Positions 17,876 through 26,683 of a stretch of 64,000 nucleotides of DNA are shown piece by piece. The DNA lies in NCBI GenBank assembly GCA_965223705.1, contig OZ245015.1, forward strand, positions 2,976,001 to 3,040,000, in the 5' to 3' direction. A program made the translations under genes and the position numbers. The stretch is from Myxococcota bacterium. Its GTDB lineage: Bacteria; Myxococcota_A; UBA9160; UBA6930. The stretch's first letter is position 1. Every line of letters starts with the position of its first letter. The notes under the pieces were generated by a model. That model saw only the letters and a program-made list of their open reading frames with translations. It ran no database searches and was not told the origin of the DNA.

Positions 17876-19977
17876 CACGGACCGTCCTGTTGAGCGGAGC
17901 TACGGGCTTCGTCGGAAAGGTCCTGCTCGAACGCCTCCTCGCGGAGCGCGAAGCGCTCGGGATCGAGCGCGTGATCGCGCTCGTTCGCGCGCACGACGAC
18001 GATGCGGCACGCGCGCGGCTCGAACACGAGGTGCTCTCCTCGGAGTGCTTTTCGAGACTGCCCGCCGAAGCCAGATCGCCGGTTGCGGCCGCGGCCTTCG
18101 ATCTGACGCTCCCGGAGCTCGGCCTCTCGGCCGAAGCACGGCGCGACATCCTCGAACACGTCACGCACGTCCTCCACGGAGCGGCCTCGGTGGAATTCGA
18201 GCTCCCTCTACGCGAAGCCGTACAGATCAACGCCGAAGGCTCTCTCGCGATGCTCGAGCTCGCGGAGGCGTGTCGACATCCGGTGGTCTTCGGTCTCATT
18301 TCGACGGCTTACGCGACACCTCACCAAACCGGCGAGATCGCAGAGGATCGGCTCGCTCCCCTGCCGCGACCCGCGCGCGCGCTCTACGAGGACAGCCGGG
18401 CCGTCGGCGACGAAGCGCGCGCGCTTGCCGAGACCGGTCATCCGAACACCTACACGTGGAGCAAATGCTTGGCGGAGCATCTCGTCGCCGAGCGCGCCGA
18501 GCGCTCTCGGGTGCGTATCCTGCGGCCGAGCATCGTTTCCGCTTGCTCGGAGCGACCGTTTCCCGGCTGGATCGACAGCGGCGCCGCGTTCGCAGGCTTC
18601 GTCACATTGCTCGGCACGGGACAACTGCGCGCCGTCTGTGCACGACCGGACGTGCAGCTCGACATCGTTCCGTGCGACCGGGTCTGCGAGGAAGCGATCG
18701 CGCTCTGCTTCGAGGACGATCCTTCCGCGTGCGTCATCCGGCACGCTGTGGCCGGCTCGGCGGGGTCGCTTCCGATCGCGATGTGCCGCCGCGAGATCGC
18801 TCGGTTTTTCCTCCGTTTCCCCGTCGGCCTCGGACCCCGCATCCGCTTCGTCGGCCCCGACGGATTGCGCTTTCGGATCGCCGACTGGCTGTTTCACGAA
18901 GTCCCGTTTCGGTTGCGCGGAGCGTTCTCCTCCTTGCGCGGCGACGCCGTCCGCGCCGGCGCGGCGCTGCGGAGCCTCGACCGCGTGCGCCAGCTGAACC
19001 GAACGTTCCATCACTTCACCCATCGGGAATTCACTTTTCGAACGGAATCCGCGCGCGACCTGGGCGGATCTCGCGAGCGGTACCTCGAAATCGTGTGCCG
19101 GGGGGTGTACCGGCATCTGTTGCGGCGCGACGATTCCGAATGCCCCATCGCCGGCTCCGAAGCTCCCCGGTCCCTACCGGTTCCGATTCGGGATCGCTTC
19201 CGAGTCGGTTGGCTCCGCGCCGCGCTCCGCCGGGTGGCTCCGCTCGTCACTTACGAGCCCGGCGGCCTCGAGAAGGCGGTGTCCGATCTCGGGCGAGCGC
19301 CCACGGTCCTTCTGACGTCGCGGACGGGCGGGTGCCTCGATGTCGCGATCGTTCGCCTGCTCGTGTCCCTGCGACCTGAACTCGGCCTTCTCCACCTGCG
19401 AGAAGTGCAAGACGCGGCGGGGCTGCAAGCTGCACTCCGCGCGCATGAGACGCCGGTGCTCGCGGCCTCGAGCGACACGCGGGCCGCGGCGGAAACGATC
19501 CGAGTCGCCGGCAGCCCGATCACCGTGCTTCCGATTCCAATTCATTTCGAACACCCGCTTCCGAACGACGCCGCTCCCTTGCGGATCCGCGACGTCTTTT
19601 TCAGAGCGATGCCCCGGGTCGGCCGCATTCACGCTCGCTGCGGTGCACCTCTGACGATCGAAGGCAGCGCCGAGCCCGGGACTCTCACCGCGCGACTCGA
19701 TCAAGCGTTGCGCCGCGCCGCGCCGCTCTCGAGCCAGGAGCTACGGTCTTTCGTGCGCGCTCAGCGCATCGACGTCCACCCGGGTCGGCTCGCCGAGGCG
19801 TTGCGACGCCGGGGTGAGCAGGTACTCCGAACGCGCTCCGCGGGAAATGACTCAGACGCGTTTCCGCGCTTTCTGTGGCGCCTCGCGCCGACGTCGACCC
19901 GACCGGCCGACGGAGCGGATGAGGACGCTCCGGAGCTCTGCGCGTTTCACCAAGCCCTACGGACCGGTTGGCCCTAG
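17872..19977 (+). CDS. Fatty acyl-CoA reductase fused to a degenerate glycerolipid acyltransferase-like domain
   Basis: FAR motifs GATGFVGK, HGAASVEF, STAY, PNTYTWSK, RPSIV, PFPGWID and DIVPCD. C-terminal PTVLLTS....LD, VLPIPIHFE and GRIHARCGAPL resemble PlsB/GNPAT blocks. GTGA overlap with the AGPS stop. Confidence 0.8.
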   Translation: MTRTVLLSGATGFVGKVLLERLLAEREALGIERVIALVRAHDDDAARARLEHEVLSSECFSRLPAEARSPVAAAAFDLTLPELGLSAEARRDILEHVTHVLHGAASVEFELPLREAVQINAEGSLAMLELAEACRHPVVFGLISTAYATPHQTGEIAEDRLAPLPRPARALYEDSRAVGDEARALAETGHPNTYTWSKCLAEHLVAERAERSRVRILRPSIVSACSERPFPGWIDSGAAFAGFVTLLGTGQLRAVCARPDVQLDIVPCDRVCEEAIALCFEDDPSACVIRHAVAGSAGSLPIAMCRREIARFFLRFPVGLGPRIRFVGPDGLRFRIADWLFHEVPFRLRGAFSSLRGDAVRAGAALRSLDRVRQLNRTFHHFTHREFTFRTESARDLGGSRERYLEIVCRGVYRHLLRRDDSECPIAGSEAPRSLPVPIRDRFRVGWLRAALRRVAPLVTYEPGGLEKAVSDLGRAPTVLLTSRTGGCLDVAIVRLLVSLRPELGLLHLREVQDAAGLQAALRAHETPVLAASSDTRAAAETIRVAGSPITVLPIPIHFEHPLPNDAAPLRIRDVFFRAMPRVGRIHARCGAPLTIEGSAEPGTLTARLDQALRRAAPLSSQELRSFVRAQRIDVHPGRLAEALRRRGEQVLRTRSAGNDSDAFPRFLWRLAPTSTRPADGADEDAPELCAFHQALRTGWP

Positions 19978-20816
19978 ATCGCGATTCGGGCAGGCGGCGC
20001 CGGCAGACCGGGCGTTTCGACCCGTGTCCGAAGCAAACATCCGTCGAGTGCGCCTTCCGTGTGGTCGGCGGTGACGACAAAGAGATCCCGCAGGTCTTCG
20101 CCGCCGAAGCACAAGCTCGTGACCGCTCGCGATGGAACCGTCAGGGTTTCTACGTGGCGGCCCGACGCGTCGAAGTGGTCGATCCCCCCACCGTCGTAGT
20201 TCGCGACCCAGACGTCCCCGGCGCGGTCGACGGCGAGCCCATCGGGCAGTCCGCGGGACAACTTCGCGAAGACGCGCCGCCCGCTCACCTCCCCGTTTTC
20301 CGCAGCGTCGTGGAGGATGATCGCTCCATCGGCCGAATCGCTGTGGTAGAGCTTGCGGCCGTCGGGCGAGAAACCGATGCCGTTCGTCAGGCCGACGTCG
20401 CCGTAGAGCTCCTCGACGGAGCCATCCAAATCGATCCGATACAGCTCGCCCGGAATGCGATCCTTCCCCTGGTCGAAGGGATTCGAGCGCAACGAGCCGA
20501 CGTAAACGCGACCGGTCTCATCGGCGAACAGGTCGTTGAATCCCCCGACCTCCGGAATTTCCAGCAAGATGGTGGTCACGCCATCGCGAACATGGCAGAT
20601 GTTGCGACCCGACATCACGAGGCCACCGTCCGCGTGGAGTGCGATCCCACCGACCCCGCGCCGTTTGGGAACCACGGTCGCGACGCCGCCGGACTCGTCG
20701 ACGGCGTACACGCCGCCCCGTGTGACGTCGGCCATGAAAAGAGCGCCATCGCGATAGCGGGGTCCCTCGAGCAGGCCGAAACCGTGAGCTAAGACGTCGA
20801 ACTGCGGTGTCGTCAT
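19974..20816 (-). CDS. SMP-30/gluconolactonase/LRE family protein
   Basis: EGP, FND, NGIGFSPDG, PDGLAVD and SLCFGG motifs. Confidence 0.9.
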   Translation of the reverse strand: MTTPQFDVLAHGFGLLEGPRYRDGALFMADVTRGGVYAVDESGGVATVVPKRRGVGGIALHADGGLVMSGRNICHVRDGVTTILLEIPEVGGFNDLFADETGRVYVGSLRSNPFDQGKDRIPGELYRIDLDGSVEELYGDVGLTNGIGFSPDGRKLYHSDSADGAIILHDAAENGEVSGRRVFAKLSRGLPDGLAVDRAGDVWVANYDGGGIDHFDASGRHVETLTVPSRAVTSLCFGGEDLRDLFVVTADHTEGALDGCLLRTRVETPGLPAPPARIAI

Positions 20817-20892
20817 GGCCCGAGCCTATCACGAGGTGAAGTCGCTTCGGCAACCCCTCCCCGCTTCCGGACCTTCGCGGTAGCGTACGCCC

Positions 20893-21963
20893 GTGACGAC
20901 ACAAACCGTCATGCCCGAACTCGCCCCGGTCCGCGCGGGCGAGGAATTCGATCACGATGCGGTCGACGCGTTCGCGAAACGCCACGTCGACGGGCTCACC
21001 GGCAGACTCGAAGTCCTTCAATTTCCGGGAGGCCACGCGAACCTCACGTACTTGCTCCGCTACGGCGAACGCGAGCTCGTCCTCAGGCGACCGCCTTTTG
21101 GGCCGATTCCGCCGGGCGCAAACGACATGGTCCGCGAATACAAGGTCCTGTCGAAACTCTGGCGGTACTTCGACCGCGCGCCCCGCGCCTTCGCGCTCTG
21201 TGAAGATCCCGGTGTGATCGGCGCGACGTTCCTCCTGATGGAGCGCCGGCACGGACTGGTTGTGCGCAACGCGATTCCCGAAGAGATGAGACATCACAAG
21301 GATGTCGAACGGCGCGTGAGCTTGGCGTTGATCGACGCCATGGTCGATTTCCACGACATCGACTTCCAGGAGGCGGGGTTCGGAGACCTCGGCCGCCCCG
21401 AAGGTTTCGTCGATCGCCAGCTCGAGGGTTGGCACAAGCGGTGGCACCTCGCCAAGGATCGGGAGGTCGCCGCGGTCGATCGATTGCACGCCCGCCTCTT
21501 GGCGGACCAACCCCGCTCCCCGCAAGCCACACTCGTTCACAACGACTTCAAGCTCGACAACGGGCAGTTTGACGCCGACAACCCGGACCGAATCCAGTCG
21601 ATCTTCGATTGGGACATGACCACCCTGGGCGATCCTCTGATCGATTTGGGAACCGTGCTCAGCTACTGGGTCGAATCCCAGGCATACGAGCCCGAGCGCG
21701 TGACGGTCACGCTGATGGGACAAGCGGGCTTCCCGAAGCCGGTCGAGCTGGCGGAACACTACGCGGGGCAGCGCGACGTCTCGGTGGAAACCATCGCCTG
21801 GTACACGAGCTTCGCGCTCTGGAAGCTCGCGATCGTGGTGCAGCAAATCTACATCCGTTGGAAGAACGGCCAGACGACGGACGAGCGCTTCAGCACGTTC
21901 GGTCAGCGCGTCGAGGGTCTCGTCGAACTCGGTTTCCGCGCCGCCGACGGAGACCTCGGCTAG
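20893..21963 (+). CDS. APH-family phosphotransferase (ACAD10 kinase-like)
   Basis: GGHANLTY, VLRRPP, HNDFKLDN and DWDMTTLGDPL. Confidence 0.9.
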   Translation: MTTQTVMPELAPVRAGEEFDHDAVDAFAKRHVDGLTGRLEVLQFPGGHANLTYLLRYGERELVLRRPPFGPIPPGANDMVREYKVLSKLWRYFDRAPRAFALCEDPGVIGATFLLMERRHGLVVRNAIPEEMRHHKDVERRVSLALIDAMVDFHDIDFQEAGFGDLGRPEGFVDRQLEGWHKRWHLAKDREVAAVDRLHARLLADQPRSPQATLVHNDFKLDNGQFDADNPDRIQSIFDWDMTTLGDPLIDLGTVLSYWVESQAYEPERVTVTLMGQAGFPKPVELAEHYAGQRDVSVETIAWYTSFALWKLAIVVQQIYIRWKNGQTTDERFSTFGQRVEGLVELGFRAADGDLG

Positions 21964-21966
21964 GCG

Positions 21967-23175
21967 CTACGGGTCGGCGCGCCGGATACGCGCGATCTCG
22001 TCGTCGGAAAGGCCGGCGCTGCGCAGCACGTCGTCCGTGTCGGCGCCGAGACGAGGCGCCGCGCGTCCGCTCGGCCCGGTGTGCTCCGAGAGCGAGAACG
22101 GCGGGGCGATCGAATCAAAACGGCCCGCAACCTCCTCCTCGAGTGGGGTCGTGTACCCGTTCGCAGCGACTTGCTCGTCCTGCAACGCCTCCGCCATCGT
22201 GCGAGCCGGGGCCCAGATCAATCCCGCCTTCGCGAGTCGGCCTTCCCACGCGGCCAAGGTCTCGGTCGCAAAAACGGCGTCGAGTTCGCCGACGAGTTCC
22301 GCGCTGTGCGCGGCCCGGCTTTCGGCGTCGCGAAAGCGCGCGTCCTCGAGCCACCTTTCGCGCCCGACGGCCCGCGCGACCAGCGGCCAATAACGGTCCG
22401 ACTCGACCATCACGAGAAACAGCCACCGGTCATCCGCGGTGCGGTACTGGTTCCACAAAGGGTTCGACGGCGCCTCGCGCACGTGGCGTGGCGGGTTCTT
22501 TCCGGTGGCCGCGACCATCGCTGTGTCGCACCCGGAGACATAGAGCCCGACGCCCATCAACGAAACGTCGATGTACTGTCCGCGACCGGTCCTTTCCTTG
22601 ACACGCAGCGCCGACAGGATGCCGGTGACCAGTGACAGGCCGGCGGCGTGGTCGCCGAGTCCCGGTCGCAGGAATGCCGGCGGCGTGCCCTGATCGTGCA
22701 TCAAGTCCATCAACCCGGTGCGGGCCCAGTACGCGGCGTAGTCGAACGCGGGGGTGCTCGCATCGGCGCCTTTCGATCCGTAGCCCGTCAGGGACGCGTA
22801 GATGAGATCGGGCTTTCGCCCGAGAAGCCCCTCGGCGTCGAGCCGAAAGCGCGGCCTGCGGTCGGGCAGCGTGTTCGTCAGCAGGACATCGGCCGTGTCG
22901 ATCACGCGGTGCAACGCGTCGACGGACTCGGGCTGCTTCAAATCGAGGGCGAGAGAGCGCTTACCGCGGTTGTTGAGTTGAAAGCCGGGCGACGCGTCGA
23001 AGTCGGAGTCGATGCCGGCGAAGGCGGGCCGAACGTGTCGATAGATCTCGCCTTCCGGTACTTCGACCTTGATCACTTCGGCGCCGAGGTCCGCGAGCAG
23101 CGCCCCCGCAGAGGGCGCTGCGACGAAATGCGCGACTTCGATGACACGGATGCCCTCGAGCGGAGCGGGAAGCAT
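21967..23175 (-). CDS. Family III CoA transferase (CaiB/BaiF)
   Basis: LADLGAEVIKVE, NRGKRSLALDLK, GYG..G and APRLGADT. Confidence 0.92.
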   Translation of the reverse strand: MLPAPLEGIRVIEVAHFVAAPSAGALLADLGAEVIKVEVPEGEIYRHVRPAFAGIDSDFDASPGFQLNNRGKRSLALDLKQPESVDALHRVIDTADVLLTNTLPDRRPRFRLDAEGLLGRKPDLIYASLTGYGSKGADASTPAFDYAAYWARTGLMDLMHDQGTPPAFLRPGLGDHAAGLSLVTGILSALRVKERTGRGQYIDVSLMGVGLYVSGCDTAMVAATGKNPPRHVREAPSNPLWNQYRTADDRWLFLVMVESDRYWPLVARAVGRERWLEDARFRDAESRAAHSAELVGELDAVFATETLAAWEGRLAKAGLIWAPARTMAEALQDEQVAANGYTTPLEEEVAGRFDSIAPPFSLSEHTGPSGRAAPRLGADTDDVLRSAGLSDDEIARIRRADP

Positions 23176-23184
23176 AGGGATTCC

Positions 23185-23823
23185 TCACCGGGGGTTCGGG
23201 AGTAGTAGAGTCTGGCCGGGATAGATGTTGTTCGGATCGACGATGCGATCGCGGTTCTCTTCGTAGATCCGCCGGTAATCGCGCAGCCTGCCGTAGCGGC
23301 GCTTCGCGATGTTGCTCAGGCTGTCGCCCTCCTTCACCACGTAGAGATCTCCGGCTTCCGGGTCGGGAGGGATTGCGGCGAGCGCAGGGTCGGCGGTAAA
23401 TGCCGGCGGTTCGCCCGGCGATCGCGGAGGCGGCGACACCGGAGGAGGTTCGGAGGGAGTGCGCGCGGCGATGACCTCCGGGTCGGAAGGCTCCCGGGGT
23501 GGCGCTACCGGCTCGACAGGATCGGCATCCGCCGCGGGCTCCGCCGACTCACTCGGTGTGTCCATAGGTTCCTGAAGACTCGCGGGCGCGCCCCGGCGTG
23601 AACCCGCCGCCGCGGCTTCGATCCGCTCCGCGGTCTCCGCAGCCGTCGCCGCGGGAAAGGCCGCGACCGCCGCGTCCGGGCGCGTCTCGGGTGCGGCGGC
23701 CTCAGGCACGACCGGGCCCCGTGCCGCATGTGAGGCAGCGGGGCTCACCCCCTTCGTGAACCACCCCAATGCGAGACCGAGCAGCACGGTCAACGCGAGC
23801 ATCATCAGAATCGGGGTGCGCAT
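23185..23823 (-). CDS. Membrane-anchored LysM-domain protein
   Basis: N-terminal hydrophobic helix, Pro/Ala/Glu linker and C-terminal YVVKEGDSLSNIA...IYPGQTLLLP. Confidence 0.85.
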   Translation of the reverse strand: MRTPILMMLALTVLLGLALGWFTKGVSPAASHAARGPVVPEAAAPETRPDAAVAAFPAATAAETAERIEAAAAGSRRGAPASLQEPMDTPSESAEPAADADPVEPVAPPREPSDPEVIAARTPSEPPPVSPPPRSPGEPPAFTADPALAAIPPDPEAGDLYVVKEGDSLSNIAKRRYGRLRDYRRIYEENRDRIVDPNNIYPGQTLLLPNPR

Positions 23824-23951
23824 GGCGAGAATCCTTTCGGTATACGCGGGGGGCGCCGGGTTAGACTACCGGGACTTTCGGTCTTGACGAAAGCACTCTG
23901 CGATGCCCCGAGGGGAAAAGCCGCAGACGTGCATGCCTGTGAGGAAAACCG

Positions 23952-25577
23952 ATGCTGATCAAGCGGGGATCGACCTACGAGGATGTCTACAACGCCTTTG
24001 AGTGGGACATTCCGCAGAAATACAACATCGCGAACGATGTCTGCGATCGATGGGCAGGGGACGAAGGCCGGATCGCCCTGGTCTACGAAGACGAGAACAA
24101 AAAGGTCGAGCGTTTTACGTACGGTCAGATCCAGCGCTACGCGAATCAGTTGGCGAACACCCTGACCGGTCTCGGCCTCGAGCGACAGGACCGGGTCACG
24201 CTGCTGCTCGCGCAGGATCCGGAAGCGGCCATCGCGCACGTCGCTTGCTGGAAAGCCGGAATGGTTTCCTGTCCGACGTCGGTGCTTTTCGGCGGCGACG
24301 CGATCACGTACCGCTTGAACGATAGCGGCGCGCGCGTCCTCATTACCGATGCTGCGAACTACGACAAGGTGAACGAGGTTCGCGGCGAGTGCCCGACCCT
24401 CGAACACGTGTTCGTTGTCGACGGCAGCCCCGAAGGTGCCAGCAATTTTTGGGACACGATTGCCACCGCGAGCGACGCGTTCACCAACGTCGAGACCGAC
24501 GCCGAAGAGCGCGCGTGGATCAGCTACACGTCCGGCACGACGGGCCTACCCAAAGGTTCGGTGCAGCCGCACCGCATGATGCTCGGCCACATGCCGGGCC
24601 TCGAGTTCGCTTTTGACTTCTTTCCTCAGCCGAACGACGTCATCTGGTCGCCCGCCGACTGGGCGTGGATGGCGGGCTTGATGGACATCATCATGCCGGG
24701 CTGGTTTCACGGCATCACCGTCGTCGCTTCCGCCATGAAGGGATTCGATACCGAAGAGGCGTATCGCGTCTTGTCCGAGCACCGCGTCAGCATCGCGCTG
24801 CTCACGCCGACGATGCTCAAGATGATGCGCCAAGTGCCGGACCCCAAGAAGCGCTTCGATCTCAAGCTGCGCGCGGTGATGTCCGGCGGCGAAGCCGTCG
24901 GCACAGAGCTCCTCGACTGGGCCAAGCGCGAGCTCGACCTCAACATCAACGAGGTCTTCGGGCAGACCGAATGCAACATGGTGCTCGGGAACAACGGCAA
25001 GCTGATGGAGACGAAGCCGGGTTCGCTGGGCAAGTCCCTTCCCGGCCACCACTGCGCCATCGTGGATGACGACGGTCGAGAAGTCGCGCCAGGTACTCCC
25101 GGGCACATCGCGGTCAAACGCCCCGATCCCGTCATGCTCCTCGAGTACCTGAACCGCCCCGATGCCACGGAAGAGAAGTTCATCGGCGATTGGCTCATCA
25201 CCGGTGACACCGGAACCATGGACGAAGACGGCTACTTCTGGTTCGGCGGTCGCGCTGACGACGTCATCACGAGCTCGGGCTACCGGATCGGCCCGGGAGA
25301 AATCGAAGACGCCCTTCTCAAGCACGAAGCGGTGCAGATGGTCGCCGTCATCGGCGTGCCCGACCCGGTTCGCACCGAAGTTATCAAGGCGTTCGTAATT
25401 CCCGCCCCAGGTGTGACGCCGAGCGAGGAACTCGTCGAAGAGCTCCGCAACGACGTGCGAGGTCGTTTGGCCAAGCACGAAGTGCCGCGCTTTATCGAGT
25501 TCGTGGATGCGTTGCCGATGACGACCACCGGGAAGATCATGCGGCGCGAACTCCGCGACAGAGAGACCAAAGCCTGA
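23952..25577 (+). CDS. Acyl-CoA synthetase (acetate/medium-chain type)
   Basis: YTSGTTGLPKG, FGQTE, TGD, GRADDVITSSGYRIGP and TTTGKI. Confidence 0.92.
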   Translation: MLIKRGSTYEDVYNAFEWDIPQKYNIANDVCDRWAGDEGRIALVYEDENKKVERFTYGQIQRYANQLANTLTGLGLERQDRVTLLLAQDPEAAIAHVACWKAGMVSCPTSVLFGGDAITYRLNDSGARVLITDAANYDKVNEVRGECPTLEHVFVVDGSPEGASNFWDTIATASDAFTNVETDAEERAWISYTSGTTGLPKGSVQPHRMMLGHMPGLEFAFDFFPQPNDVIWSPADWAWMAGLMDIIMPGWFHGITVVASAMKGFDTEEAYRVLSEHRVSIALLTPTMLKMMRQVPDPKKRFDLKLRAVMSGGEAVGTELLDWAKRELDLNINEVFGQTECNMVLGNNGKLMETKPGSLGKSLPGHHCAIVDDDGREVAPGTPGHIAVKRPDPVMLLEYLNRPDATEEKFIGDWLITGDTGTMDEDGYFWFGGRADDVITSSGYRIGPGEIEDALLKHEAVQMVAVIGVPDPVRTEVIKAFVIPAPGVTPSEELVEELRNDVRGRLAKHEVPRFIEFVDALPMTTTGKIMRRELRDRETKA

Positions 25578-25578
25578 C

Positions 25579-26676
25579 TCAGGTCACCACGACGAGGCAA
25601 TCGCGCCCCTTCTCTTTCGCGCGGTAGAGGGCGCGGTCCGCGCGCTCGATCCACGCGGAGGCCTCCTCGCCCGCGCGTTGCGGCGCGGCGCCGATCGAGA
25701 TCCCGACACGGATCTCCTCGCCGTCGTGTCGAATCGCAGCATCCCGCGCGGCGAACAGCATGCGGTCTCCGATCGCCCGGGCCGCCTGGGGGTTCGCATC
25801 GAGCACGACCGCCGCGAATTCGTCGCCGCCGAAGCGCGCCAAGAAATCGGCTTTGCGACGGAACGTGTTGGTCAGTCGCCGAGCGACCTCCGCCAAGACG
25901 GCGTCTCCAGCCTGATGGCCGTACCGGTCGTTGACCCATTTGAAGTGATCGACATCGATCATGAAGAGGAACGCACTGGGCGGCGCGATGCTCCCGAGTT
26001 TTACGATGAGCGACATTTGCTCGTCGAATCCCGCGCGGTTGTAAACGCCGGTCAAGGCGTCCGTCGACATCTGCTCGCGTGCGGCGGCGAGCTCGTTCGA
26101 GACCTTGTCGACCCGGTCGGAGAGCGCGAGTAGCCGCTTCTTTTCCCGTTCGCGACGCTCCGCGCTGGCCTCTTCCAAGCGCCCGACGCAAGCTCGAACT
26201 TCCTCTCGGAGCTTGTCCGTGTCGGGCTCGTCCGCGGCGGTGCGAAGGCGGTCGAGCTCGGACGCGAGTCCCGCCTCATCTTCTTCCCCGTCGAGGCACG
26301 CGCGATGAAAGCTCTCGATAAACACCCGGAGCGCTTCGCGGAGGTCGGCCAGACCTCGCGTCACTTCGGATGTCTCTCGGTCTCGCGATTCTCGGAGCAT
26401 GACGATGAGGCGAGCCCATTCCCGCGGACGCGACGGATCGGCCTCGGTCGCGAGCTCCTCGGGCAACTCGTCGGCCTGTGGCGGCTCGGTCCCGAGCACG
26501 ATGTGCCGGGCCCAGGCCTCGAACAGCATCTGCCACGCGACCGGGTCGAGCTCTCCGATGGGAACGCAACGCCCCCCCCACTGCCGCAACGCTTCGGCCA
26601 GGGCGTCGCTGGGGCCGTCGACCTGCGGCTGCTCTGCGTCCTGTTGCCGGCGTCGTTTGCCGCGAAGGAAACTCAC
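25579..26676 (-). CDS. Diguanylate cyclase (coiled-coil + GGDEF)
   Basis: TDALTGVYNR, DVDHFK..ND.YGH, an RKAD I-site and RFGGDEF. Confidence 0.92.
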   Translation of the reverse strand: MSFLRGKRRRQQDAEQPQVDGPSDALAEALRQWGGRCVPIGELDPVAWQMLFEAWARHIVLGTEPPQADELPEELATEADPSRPREWARLIVMLRESRDRETSEVTRGLADLREALRVFIESFHRACLDGEEDEAGLASELDRLRTAADEPDTDKLREEVRACVGRLEEASAERREREKKRLLALSDRVDKVSNELAAAREQMSTDALTGVYNRAGFDEQMSLIVKLGSIAPPSAFLFMIDVDHFKWVNDRYGHQAGDAVLAEVARRLTNTFRRKADFLARFGGDEFAAVVLDANPQAARAIGDRMLFAARDAAIRHDGEEIRVGISIGAAPQRAGEEASAWIERADRALYRAKEKGRDCLVVVT

Positions 26677-26683
26677 GGAGAAC

